Shown here piece after piece: positions 11,384 through 20,211 of a stretch of DNA of 49,705 bases (position 1 is the first letter of the stretch; each line of letters opens with the position of its first letter). The DNA is from Gemmatimonadota bacterium (GTDB taxonomy: Bacteria; Gemmatimonadota; Gemmatimonadetes; Longimicrobiales; Gaopeijiaceae). A model generated the notes under the pieces. The model saw only the letters and a program-made list of their open reading frames with translations. It searched no databases and was not told the origin of the DNA. Both the position numbers and the translations under genes were made by a program. The stretch is taken from contig JBDHHQ010000072.1 in NCBI GenBank assembly GCA_039589315.1, forward strand, positions 1 through 49,705, given 5' to 3'.

Positions 11384-12002
11384 CTTCGCGAGCCTCCTTC
11401 ACGGAGGCCCAGGGCAAGTCCTGCAACGCCGGGCATCCGGCCTTCGCCAGCACCAAGAGAAGATGACTGCGTAGGCTGTCGCTGGTCGCGCCGCGATAGC
11501 GCCCGATCAGCCTGTGATAGCCCTCCGTCCTCACGAATTCGATCAGCGCAGTCCGCTGAGAGTTGTGAGGCCAGACCACGGCCTCGAGCACCGAGTTGCC
11601 GGGTCCCAGACAGAGATCCAGGAATCGACGCTGGTCGCAGGCGAAGAGCACCATGGTCGCGGCATGCCGAACGGAGGGAGACGGATCCGCCAGCCCCGGG
11701 AGTAGAGTGTCGAAGGACCGTGGCGACGGGGAGCGAATCACCATCTTGTGAGCGGCAAGGCGGACACTCTCGTCGCGGTGTTCGACCAGGGAAGCCAGGT
11801 CGTCCTGACGGTCGTGCCGCGCCGCCAGGCGCGCGATCGCCCGGGCGGCCTCCTCCCTCGCGAGCTCGGCCCGGCCCTTCTCCATCTGTTCCTTCAGATC
11901 GGGGAGGATCCGAGCTCCCAACTCATCCAGCTGTGCGGTCACACCATCGTAGATCGCCAGGGCGGCGCCCATTCGCTCCTGGTAATGGAACTCGCTGTCC
12001 AC
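11232..12002 (-). CDS. HEAT-repeat protein (boundaries uncertain)
   Basis: 'HRDESVRLAA', 'LLPGLADPSPSVRHAATMVL'; the tail overlapping the next ORF looks out of frame. Confidence 0.5.
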   Translation of the reverse strand: MDSEFHYQERMGAALAIYDGVTAQLDELGARILPDLKEQMEKGRAELAREEAARAIARLAARHDRQDDLASLVEHRDESVRLAAHKMVIRSPSPRSFDTLLPGLADPSPSVRHAATMVLFACDQRRFLDLCLGPGNSVLEAVVWPHNSQRTALIEFVRTEGYHRLIGRYRGATSDSLRSHLLLVLAKAGCPALQDLPWASVKEAREGGRGREDGRDRSASSGRVIPVRQRRRSPPFHRAGRAGASRLLAEGGGGRR

Positions 12003-12070
12003 GTCCTCGGCGATCGCGCGCCGGGAGACGACCTCGGCGAACGCCCGGGCTACGTCCTCGTCGTCTGGCT

Positions 12071-12880
12071 TCAGGAGCCACCCCCGGTCTCATCCGCCGG
12101 GCCGTCCGAGTCCTCTCCCCCGTGCCCGTCCTCTCCGAACGCTCGCAGCAGCTCCTCGAGGACGGAGCAGGGAAGGCGACCATCGCTGTCTGTTTCAGCA
12201 GTGCGCGTCTCGCCGCCGAGACTGAAGTGGACCCTCCCCTCCTCGCCGTCCCAATCCGCCGTCACGGACATGGTCTCTCCTCGCACCACGATCTCGAAGC
12301 TCACGCCTTCGCCGTCCCGCTTCGACCTGGCGCAGGCCAAATAGGCAGTCAACTCGCGCGAGTTGCAGAGGCTTTCGTCTGAATCGCGATACCGCTCCGG
12401 GTTCTTCCGGAAGTGATGTCCGTGAAGAACCAGGGATTGCCTGCGGTCCTTGAGCTCCTCGGCGGCAGCCAGTTTCGCATCGAACCCCGGATCGTTCCAG
12501 GCCTGCATGGCTCGGACCATGACTTCGCGACCCCGCTCTTCGATCAGTGGCACGTCGTAGACCGATTCGCCTGGATGGCCGCCCTCACCGATCGGCAGGA
12601 CTTCGAACTCGGCCCGGACGAGGATGGGGTAGTCGGGACCTTGTGCCAGCCATTCCTCTCGGTGGCTCTTGTAGACCCGCTGGGTCTGCGCCTTGAGCGC
12701 GGCTCTGATCGAGATCTCGCTCCAGTCCCGCCAGTCCTCGGGCAGGCGCAGGATACAGCTCCAGCTGCTCTCCTCGCTCGAGGCCACCTGGCCGGCCAGT
12801 CGATCCCGACAGTGCGCGCGGACGAGGGCGCCAGGGTTGTCGGGGAAGGGCAAGATGACAAATTCCGCGTTCCCAGCCAT
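12071..12880 (-). CDS. Hypothetical protein
   Basis: 269-aa ORF with protein-like composition, no recognised motif. Confidence 0.5.
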   Translation of the reverse strand: MAGNAEFVILPFPDNPGALVRAHCRDRLAGQVASSEESSWSCILRLPEDWRDWSEISIRAALKAQTQRVYKSHREEWLAQGPDYPILVRAEFEVLPIGEGGHPGESVYDVPLIEERGREVMVRAMQAWNDPGFDAKLAAAEELKDRRQSLVLHGHHFRKNPERYRDSDESLCNSRELTAYLACARSKRDGEGVSFEIVVRGETMSVTADWDGEEGRVHFSLGGETRTAETDSDGRLPCSVLEELLRAFGEDGHGGEDSDGPADETGGGS

Positions 12881-13090
12881 CCAGCACTATCCGGTGCTTC
12901 GGACCGGCGGTCAAGGTCGACAGCCGACCCTCCCCGCGGGTCCGATCTGGCGACCACGGCCCGCCGGATCTACGATGGCTGGCCACCCTCGACCCGTGGG
13001 ACGGTCCCCGCTACGACCCCTCGGGGCTCAGCCTGGCCTGGATCCCCTCACCTTCCTCGGCACGAGCACGGGCACCGTCATCAACGTCGG

Positions 13091-13966
13091 TTACTTCTGT
13101 GCGTCCCGTCCGACGATGATCGTGATGTTGTCCGTTCCGCCGTCGTTGAGGGCGTCCTGGAGCAACGCCTCACAGACCTCTTTGGCGGACGTCCAGTTGC
13201 GGAGCCGGTTCGCGATCTGCCCGTCGGAAACGTGCTTCGTGAGCCCATCGCTGCAAATGAGCCCGATGTTGTCCCACTCCTGGTCCATCCGCGTGACCAC
13301 CGGGGCGGTCTGTTGACCTCCGATGGAGCTGGACAGGACGTTGGCCCACCTGGTGTTGAACGCCTGAGACCGCGTCAGGACTCCCTGGTCCAGGAGCTCC
13401 TGGGCCATGGTCTGATCGCGTGAGATCCTCGTGAGCGTGTCGTCCCGGAACAGATAGAACCGGCTGTCGCCGACTTGCAGGAGGTACGCTCGCGGCCAGA
13501 CCCCGATCCAGAGCGTCAGGGTGGTGGCCATGCCGCGGGAGTCGGGATCGGCTTCCGCTTCCGCCACCACGCTGGCGTGACATCTCCATGCCACTTCCTG
13601 TAGCGCTTCTTCGAACGCCTCGTCGTCGTGGGCGTTGAGATCGTGGTAACATCGCATCGTCTCTGTGACGTAGCGCATGACGGTTTCCACCGCGCGCCGA
13701 CTCGCCACCTCGCCCTTGGCGCCCGCGCCGACCCCGTCCGCCACCATGCCGAGGAATGCCAACCGGTCGCCGCTCGTCGTGAGCTCGTCCGCGTTGGGCA
13801 GGCTCGTCTGGTGGATGCGGCACCGCTTCTCGAGCGAACAGATCAAGAAATGGTCCTGATTCTCCTGACGAACCATGCCGCGGTGGGTGAGGCCGTACAC
13901 GTCGACCTCTTCGTCACGGGGTTTTCGCAACGCATCGCGCTTCAACACGGACGGTTGAGTTGCCAT
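13091..13966 (-). CDS. PP2C/PPM-family Ser/Thr protein phosphatase
   Basis: THRGMVRQENQD, VADGVG, QVGDSR, CSDGL, GGTDNIT. Confidence 0.92.
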   Translation of the reverse strand: MATQPSVLKRDALRKPRDEEVDVYGLTHRGMVRQENQDHFLICSLEKRCRIHQTSLPNADELTTSGDRLAFLGMVADGVGAGAKGEVASRRAVETVMRYVTETMRCYHDLNAHDDEAFEEALQEVAWRCHASVVAEAEADPDSRGMATTLTLWIGVWPRAYLLQVGDSRFYLFRDDTLTRISRDQTMAQELLDQGVLTRSQAFNTRWANVLSSSIGGQQTAPVVTRMDQEWDNIGLICSDGLTKHVSDGQIANRLRNWTSAKEVCEALLQDALNDGGTDNITIIVGRDAQK

Positions 13967-14148
13967 CTCTCATCTCCCGCGGTTGGCTGGGCCAAACATA
14001 CGGCCTCTCACACCTGCCCAACCAGGGTCTCGGCTCGGAGTGCCGACGCACCGCCCTTCTCGGCGCAAGAAAGAGGTTGCCCCAATGAGCCGGCTGGGGC
14101 CCGAACCCAGGACCCAGCCTGCGATCATTCGCACGTGTGAATTCGACC

Positions 14149-14190
14149 TTGCCAGATATGATCATTTCGATTATACTCGCATCGATCACA
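14149..14190 (+). promoter_or_regulatory. Sigma70-type promoter overlapped by a putative PadR operator
   Basis: TTGCCA (14149-14154)-N17-TATACT (14172-14177); inverted repeat TATGATC-N5-GATTATA at 14157-14175. Confidence 0.65.
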
Positions 14191-14256
14191 TGAGTTGGCC
14201 CAGCGGACTCACGCTGGAGCGCGATCGCCACGCACCGTCAGCCCGAGCCCCCATCC

Positions 14257-14607
14257 GTGACGTCTCCCCTCAAGCCGGTCCACTTCCACATCCTGCTGGT
14301 TCTGCTGCGCGGGCCGCTTCACGGATACGGCATCGTGAAGGAGATCGAGGAGTCGACGGGCGGATCGCTGCGCCTCGAGCCCGGCAACCTCTACCGCTAC
14401 ATCGGCCAACTCCGCCGGGCGGGGTTCGTCGCGGAGGTCGATCCCGATCCCAAGCGCGGCGAGGGAGACGAGAGAAGGCGCTACTACGAGGTCACACAGG
14501 GAGGCAGGAATGCCTTGGAGGCCGAGGTCGATCGCATGAAGGGGCTCGTCATAGAGGCGGAGTCGCACCTTCGACTGGCCGAGGGGCCGGGTGGAGAGGG
14601 CCGATGA
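14257..14607 (+). CDS. PadR family transcriptional regulator
   Basis: HILLVLLRGPLHGYGIVKEI...LEPGNLYRYI...RRRYYEVTQGG; stop overlaps the next start (ATGA). Confidence 0.9.
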   Translation: MTSPLKPVHFHILLVLLRGPLHGYGIVKEIEESTGGSLRLEPGNLYRYIGQLRRAGFVAEVDPDPKRGEGDERRRYYEVTQGGRNALEAEVDRMKGLVIEAESHLRLAEGPGGEGR

Positions 14608-17267
14608 GCGTTCGACGTCCTCCTCCGTTGATCGGCGCGTCCGCAGCGGTGTATCGCGCGTTGCTCCTCCTCTATCCGCCGCGATTCCGGCGCGAGTTCG
14701 GCGACGAGGCCGTAGGTCTCTATCTCGAGCGGTACCGGGCCGATTACGAGCGGCGCGGCGCCCTGGGAATCCTGCTCCTTTGGAGCCGGACCCTCCGCAA
14801 CGTGCTGGTGCACGGTCCTCTCGAACGCCTCGCCGCCGGCCGAGACGCTGCCGGACGCTTCGACGCTCGCCAGGCGATTCGGAGTCTCGGTCGCGATCCG
14901 GCTCTGATGGTCGTGGGTACGCTGTCGTTGGCAATCGGCATCGGGGCGACGACCGCGCTGTTCAGCCTGCTGAAGGGGGTCCTTCTGGAACCCCTTCCCT
15001 TCCCGGAGCCCCACGAGCTCGTGCAGCTCTGGGAAGTCAACGCCCAGCTGGACCGCATGAAGGAAGGGCCGTCGCCGCTCAACGTCGCGGACTGGACCGA
15101 GCTCGCAACCGGCGTCGAGGGCATCGCCGCCTGGTATCTAACGTCCGGAACCCAGCGGGACGACGGCCTACCGCCGGAGGAGGTCCGCTCTGCCCAGGTC
15201 ACTCCCGACTTCTTCCGCGTGATGGGTTGGGAAGCCGCTCTGGGCCGGACGCCGTATCCAGAGGAGGTCGAGCGGTACGGGCCGATGGTGCTGAGCGACC
15301 GACTGTGGAGACGGCGATACGGAGCCGACCCGGGAGTTGTCGGCCGGCGACTCACGAGCAGCGGCCGTAGCTACGAGGTCGTCGGTGTCATGCCCCCCGA
15401 GTTCCAGTTCCCGGACCCATCCGTCGAAGCGTGGCTGGCCTGGGACCTTCGCGACGTGTACGGCGACAATCCACCGTCGAGGACGTGGCGATTCCTGAGG
15501 GTCGTCGCTCGGATGAGGCCGGACGCCACGCTGGCCTCGGTCGAGCGAGAGTTCAGCAACGTCGCGGCGACGTTGGCTGAACGACATCCGATCGAGAACC
15601 GGGGCTGGTCGGTGCGGGCGACGCCGCTGCACGACGAGATCGTGGGGGACGTGCGTCCGGCCCTTCTGGCCGCATTCGGCGCAGTTTCCCTGATTCTGTT
15701 CATGGCGTGCGTCAACGTCGCCAACCTGCTTCTCGCCCGCGTCCCCGCTCGCAGCCGCGAGCTCGCCGTCCGGCAGGCCCTGGGAGCGGGCCCGGCCCGG
15801 ACCGCCAGCCAGTTGGTGCTCGAGAATCTCGTCCTGGCCGGCTGCGGCGGAGCGTTCGGGCTCCTCGTCGCATGGGGACTCGTGCGCGTATTGGTGGCGT
15901 TCGACGCCGGGAGGATCCCCCGCCTTGCAACCGTCACCATCGACGCATCCGTCCTGACCTTCTCGCTCGCGATTGCTCTGCTGGCCAGCCTGATCTTCGG
16001 GCTCGCACCCATCCTCAGGGCCACCCGAACTCCGCCCGCAGCCGCACTGCGCGACCAGGGCGGCCGGGCGACTGCGTCCGCCGCTCAGTCTCGTCTTCGT
16101 CGTGCGCTGGTGGCGGCTCAGATCTCCACGGCGCTCGTCCTCCTGGTCGGCGCCGGACTGTTTGCAGCTACGTTCACACGACTTCGAGCCGTCGATCCGG
16201 GGTTCGATCCCGAAAGCGCGCTCACGTTTCGCATCTCGCTCGATCCACAGGGTGACGGAGAGGCACGCGTCGTGCCTTACTACGAGGGCCTCCTGGTGGA
16301 GCTGAGCTCGATTCCGGGCGTGGTGGCGGTCGGGGCCGCGCAAACGCTCCCGCTGAACCCCGTCGGTAACGACTTCACACGGCCCTACCGGGAGGTCGGG
16401 TCCGGCACGCCCTCGGCAGACGCCCCGACCGTTCAAATGCGCATCGTCATGCCGGGTTATTTCGACGCGATCGGAATGTCCTTCGAAGCCGGGAGTGGCA
16501 CCACAGGCCTGGAGTCGCTCGGAGAGCCGCTTGTCGCGGTGGTGAACAGGGCCTTCGCCGATCGGCTCTGGCCGGGCCGTGACGCCGTCGGAGAGACCTT
16601 CGAGCTCGACTTCCGGGAGGGATGGCGGCCCTACCGGGTGCTCGGGGTCGTGTCCAATACCCGCCATTACGGCCTTCGAGTCGAAGCACGGCCCGAGGTC
16701 TACCTTGCACACCGTCAGTCCCCCTACGTCGCCATGAGCCTGGTCATGCGAACGGATCGGGATCCACAGGCGCTGATCGGGGCAGTCCGCCAGACAGTCC
16801 TGAGCTATCCACCGTCCCAGCCGGTGCATCACTTCGTGACGCTCGAGCAGCTCATCGCCGACGCGGTGGCGGAGGAAAGATTCCTGGTCGCGCTGATGAC
16901 CACGTTCGGGATCATTGCCCTCATGCTCGCATGCTCCGGCGTGTTCGGAGTGATGGCGTACGTGGTGGGGCAGCGGACGCGAGAGCTCGGACTGCGCGTC
17001 GCTCTGGGGGCACGGCGCGCCTCGTTGATGGGATGGGTCGTGGGACGTGCTGCCGTCCTAACGGCAACCGGGGTGGCGATCGGACTCGTGGCCTCGGTGG
17101 CCCTGGGTCACGCGATCCGCTCACTGCTTTTCGATGTGCAGCCGTGGGACCCGCTCACACTCGTCCTCGTGAGCGCGCTTCTCTTCACCGCGGCACTCGC
17201 GGCCGCAGCCATCCCCGCTCGGCGTGCCACCGCCGTCGATCCCGCGACCGTGCTTCGGAGCGACTAA
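14604..17267 (+). CDS. Duplicated MacB/FtsX-type ABC permease (ADOP family)
   Basis: YRALLLLYPPRFRREFG prefix, LAIGIGATTALFS, ACVNVANLLLAR..R.RELAVR.ALGA, RTRELGLRVALGA, PARRATAVDP. Confidence 0.9.
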   Translation: MSVRRPPPLIGASAAVYRALLLLYPPRFRREFGDEAVGLYLERYRADYERRGALGILLLWSRTLRNVLVHGPLERLAAGRDAAGRFDARQAIRSLGRDPALMVVGTLSLAIGIGATTALFSLLKGVLLEPLPFPEPHELVQLWEVNAQLDRMKEGPSPLNVADWTELATGVEGIAAWYLTSGTQRDDGLPPEEVRSAQVTPDFFRVMGWEAALGRTPYPEEVERYGPMVLSDRLWRRRYGADPGVVGRRLTSSGRSYEVVGVMPPEFQFPDPSVEAWLAWDLRDVYGDNPPSRTWRFLRVVARMRPDATLASVEREFSNVAATLAERHPIENRGWSVRATPLHDEIVGDVRPALLAAFGAVSLILFMACVNVANLLLARVPARSRELAVRQALGAGPARTASQLVLENLVLAGCGGAFGLLVAWGLVRVLVAFDAGRIPRLATVTIDASVLTFSLAIALLASLIFGLAPILRATRTPPAAALRDQGGRATASAAQSRLRRALVAAQISTALVLLVGAGLFAATFTRLRAVDPGFDPESALTFRISLDPQGDGEARVVPYYEGLLVELSSIPGVVAVGAAQTLPLNPVGNDFTRPYREVGSGTPSADAPTVQMRIVMPGYFDAIGMSFEAGSGTTGLESLGEPLVAVVNRAFADRLWPGRDAVGETFELDFREGWRPYRVLGVVSNTRHYGLRVEARPEVYLAHRQSPYVAMSLVMRTDRDPQALIGAVRQTVLSYPPSQPVHHFVTLEQLIADAVAEERFLVALMTTFGIIALMLACSGVFGVMAYVVGQRTRELGLRVALGARRASLMGWVVGRAAVLTATGVAIGLVASVALGHAIRSLLFDVQPWDPLTLVLVSALLFTAALAAAAIPARRATAVDPATVLRSD

Positions 17268-17305
17268 CGCCTACCGCGTCCGGTTGTTCCACGGTTCTAT
17301 CCCAG

Positions 17306-17474
17306 TGAGCCGGCCGGGGATCGAACCCGGGACCTACGGATTAAGAGCACTCCCGTTCTGGGGCCAAGATGCGGGAATCTCCCGCCGTTGCTGGCTTTTG
17401 TGCCGGATCTTCCCGGGTCAGAATCGCGTCGATACGGGAGCTTCCGGCATCCATTCTGACCCAGGTTCTGACCC
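17306..17474 (-). repeat. att-like unit 1: tRNA-Lys 3' half (CTT anticodon loop) plus conserved arm
   Basis: 17306-17347 matches 47829-47870 at 36/42 nt; arm ends TTCCGGCATCCATTCTGACCCAGGTTCTGACCC. Confidence 0.85.
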
Positions 17475-17666
17475 AGTTGGCGGGTCCTGGACCGGCAGGT
17501 TGCCTGGCCAGGCACAGGCCAATGTGTCCGGGCCGAGCGGAGTGGTTCGTTGCGCACTTGTGGCTCGATCGCGTTTCTGATCACCGCCGCGCGGCGTCCG
17601 AGTGCGGACGCACGCGGCCCCATGAACGAGCGGCTAAGCTACGCGCGCGGAGTCGAGGGAGTGGGC

Positions 17667-18503
17667 TCAGCGCACCATGACATTCCCGTTGGTCCACTCC
17701 AGATCCAGAGGCCGTTGGAACGACGGATCGTTACAGTTCATAGGAACATCCGAAAGCCGTGTGCCGCTCTGGCGGTCGGTGCCACGACCCACGCCGCTGT
17801 CTTCCACGCCTTTGACGAAATAGAGGTCCGCCCAGATTCCCTGGCTGAATCGACCACCGAACCACGCCCGGGATCCGTCGACGAACAGGCAACCAACGCT
17901 GCCGCTCCCGAGGAGCTCATTCAGAGGCAAAGATACGGCCTGATAGTGGCCTTGGACGGTACCCGCACCGTCGATCTTCGCCGTGAACGACACCATGGCC
18001 AAGAGGGGCGGGCCCGGATCCCCGGTGTCGGTCGTTCCGCCACCAGACACCTGGTGAATCCATCTGCCGCTCGTCGCGAATTCGGGACCCGTGGCCGCCT
18101 CCGCGATCCGGTACGTCTGATCGTCCACCAGCTCGAACTCGTCGGTATGCCAGTTCACCAAGTAGTGCTCGTCCTCCTCGACCATGCGCACGGTCTCGGA
18201 GCCCGGACCCGCGTGCATCGTGAACTCGGTCAGCAGCGGGAGCGCACAGACCTCGCCGGTCCACTCACAGATCCGGACCTTGGGTGATTGGGTGGCATCG
18301 AAGACCCCGTCGTACGTCGGAGCCGACACCAGCGGCGGGAGGAAGAAGAAGTGCTCGTTGCCACCCGAGTGGGCCGCGTCGGAGATTTCGAGACGGGGCT
18401 CCGGGTCTTCCGCGGTGGGGGCCGTGGGCGTGTCTCGGTCCGTGCAGGCGAACGCCAGCGTCCCACTGGTCACGATCATCAGGATGGCAGCTGTGCGGCT
18501 CAT
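17667..18503 (-). CDS. Predicted lipoprotein, possibly chimeric
   Basis: ATG 18503, signal with LAFAC lipobox; abrupt change in character after YRI. Confidence 0.65.
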   Translation of the reverse strand: MSRTAAILMIVTSGTLAFACTDRDTPTAPTAEDPEPRLEISDAAHSGGNEHFFFLPPLVSAPTYDGVFDATQSPKVRICEWTGEVCALPLLTEFTMHAGPGSETVRMVEEDEHYLVNWHTDEFELVDDQTYRIAEAATGPEFATSGRWIHQVSGGGTTDTGDPGPPLLAMVSFTAKIDGAGTVQGHYQAVSLPLNELLGSGSVGCLFVDGSRAWFGGRFSQGIWADLYFVKGVEDSGVGRGTDRQSGTRLSDVPMNCNDPSFQRPLDLEWTNGNVMVR

Positions 18504-18995
18504 GGTTTCCCCCCTGGGTACGGCTAGCGGTTCGAGCCGAGGCATCAGGCAGATGCCCGAAGTGCGAAGCGGAGACTCAATTCACGGTGACGTCCTCATT
18601 CGAGATTCCACGGATCGCATCCGTCCGATTTCGGTCGATCACTGAGGGATCGTGATCGGGAGAGGGTGCCAGCTCTTATGACGGAAGGGAGCCGCGATCC
18701 AGGGGGGGCTGGCGAAAAGGCGGATCGAAACACGGACCGGAAGATCGAGAGTCCGATGCGAATACCGGATTACTGGGATGCCGTATCTGCGCGAGAATCG
18801 GCCGCATTCGAGCAGCCCGGGGGACCCGTGCCAAGGACAGGACCTTGTCCGGGCCCAGCACCGCGAGTTGTATGTGCTGTCGAGCGCTCACAACCGGAAC
18901 GCCACAGACCCCAGCCGACGGTGGGTCGGCCGGGGTCCCGCCTTTGACGCCGAAGGCGCAGAGGAAACCCGAGTGCTCGAACGCTCGTACGTCCC

Positions 18996-20135
18996 TCAGG
19001 GAAGCAGCTTTATGGTCGCCGTGAACGGCAGGTCGAAGAACGCCCAGAGCTCACCTTCGGGATACCGCCATAGCTCCGGAAAATAGCCGGGGTAGGTCTC
19101 TATGACCCATTCGTCGTCGGCGATCCGCGTGATCAAGTATCCGTGAGCGATGCGGCCGTCGTCCCGCCGGTTGGTGCACCCAATAGCGGTCTGTTGGCGC
19201 TCCAGGCAGCTGAACTTCAACCTGTACCAGGGAGTCTGACCCTTGGTCTTCTCCTCCCACACGATCCATCCGCCAGACAACATGCTGCAGGTCTCGTTCT
19301 GCGGACACGTCCCGTCCGCGGAGAGCGGCGTCAGGCCCATGGGGTAAAGCCCGAAGATATTGTCGTCTGCCCGCCAGAACATCTGATTGGTGAACGGCGG
19401 GCACACGATCCCGGGAAAGATCTCCGCCGGGGCCGGGTCGACCTCTCCTGGCTTGAAGTCAACGTGGTTGGATTCGCTCAGATCGAGGCAGAGGGTGCGC
19501 GTCGGGTCTTCATTCCGCTTCTTCTTGATGCTGAACCACACGCCCCCCTGCGCCCCGATAGTCGCCTCGACTCCGTTCTGACCGTCGATGAATGGCAGCG
19601 GGTTGCCGGCATCGCATTCGCCAGTGAAGATCCGGTTACCAGGCTCGCTACCACAAGCGGAATACGTAATGGAGACCGGGAAGCTCTCGGACGGTCCGCC
19701 GCCCGGATGAGGTGCCTCCGGATCCACGGTGAGCAGGTCGGTCCCCACACCCTTTTTTCCGCGTCCTGACGTCACTGCGATGTCGTACGACTGGAGGGTC
19801 AGATCAGGCTGTACGGTGATGTCTGCGATGAGCTCGCTGTCGCTCACGTAGCTCGTAGCGTTGGTCTCGATGTCGTTCGTTTCCGCCCCGTCGAGGAGCC
19901 AGTCCACCGTCGAGTTCCTGTCGAAGCCGCTGCCCAATACGCGGACCTGCAGTTGGATGCCGGGTGGAATGAGGTCAGGATCCGCCGCCTGCGGATCGGG
20001 CGTGGCCCCCCCTCCCTTCCCAAGCTGAGCCACGGCATCGATGCGGGGACTCTCGGTCGGAGTCTCGAAACAGGCCGCGACCGTTACCAGCCCGAATCCA
20101 ACAAGAACAGTGAGTGAGGCTCGTCCGTGCGACAT
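18996..20135 (-). CDS. Predicted lipoprotein with N-terminal Ig/IPT-like domain
   Basis: GAGAGGA RBS, VAAC lipobox, 'VRVLGSGF...TSYVSDSELIADITV...YDIAVT'. Confidence 0.75.
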   Translation of the reverse strand: MSHGRASLTVLVGFGLVTVAACFETPTESPRIDAVAQLGKGGGATPDPQAADPDLIPPGIQLQVRVLGSGFDRNSTVDWLLDGAETNDIETNATSYVSDSELIADITVQPDLTLQSYDIAVTSGRGKKGVGTDLLTVDPEAPHPGGGPSESFPVSITYSACGSEPGNRIFTGECDAGNPLPFIDGQNGVEATIGAQGGVWFSIKKKRNEDPTRTLCLDLSESNHVDFKPGEVDPAPAEIFPGIVCPPFTNQMFWRADDNIFGLYPMGLTPLSADGTCPQNETCSMLSGGWIVWEEKTKGQTPWYRLKFSCLERQQTAIGCTNRRDDGRIAHGYLITRIADDEWVIETYPGYFPELWRYPEGELWAFFDLPFTATIKLLP

Positions 20136-20177
20136 CGTCTTCGTCCTCTCAAGGGGGCGGGGAAGAGCTTACTGTCT

Positions 20178-20211
20178 CAGATGTCACGGAGGTCCGGGGG
20201 AGTCTTGCGCC
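20178..20211 (-). promoter_or_regulatory. Candidate ECF promoter, copy 2
   Basis: GGCGCAA-N10-GACCTCCGTGACATCTG upstream of the lipoprotein start at 20135; same motif at 23755-23788. Confidence 0.55.

Noticed and set aside
13983..14603. N-terminal extension of the 1094-aa permease ORF
   Set aside because: It overlaps the promoter and the PadR gene in another frame; the ATGA-coupled start at 14604 fits better
15168..16832. Long antisense ORFs (also 20649-22070, 31470-33041, 41797-43350 and similar)
   Set aside because: Shadow frames of real GC-rich genes with no motifs
18778..19086. Plus-strand ORF between the two lipoproteins
   Set aside because: No recognisable family and it overlaps the convergent gene; at most a fragment
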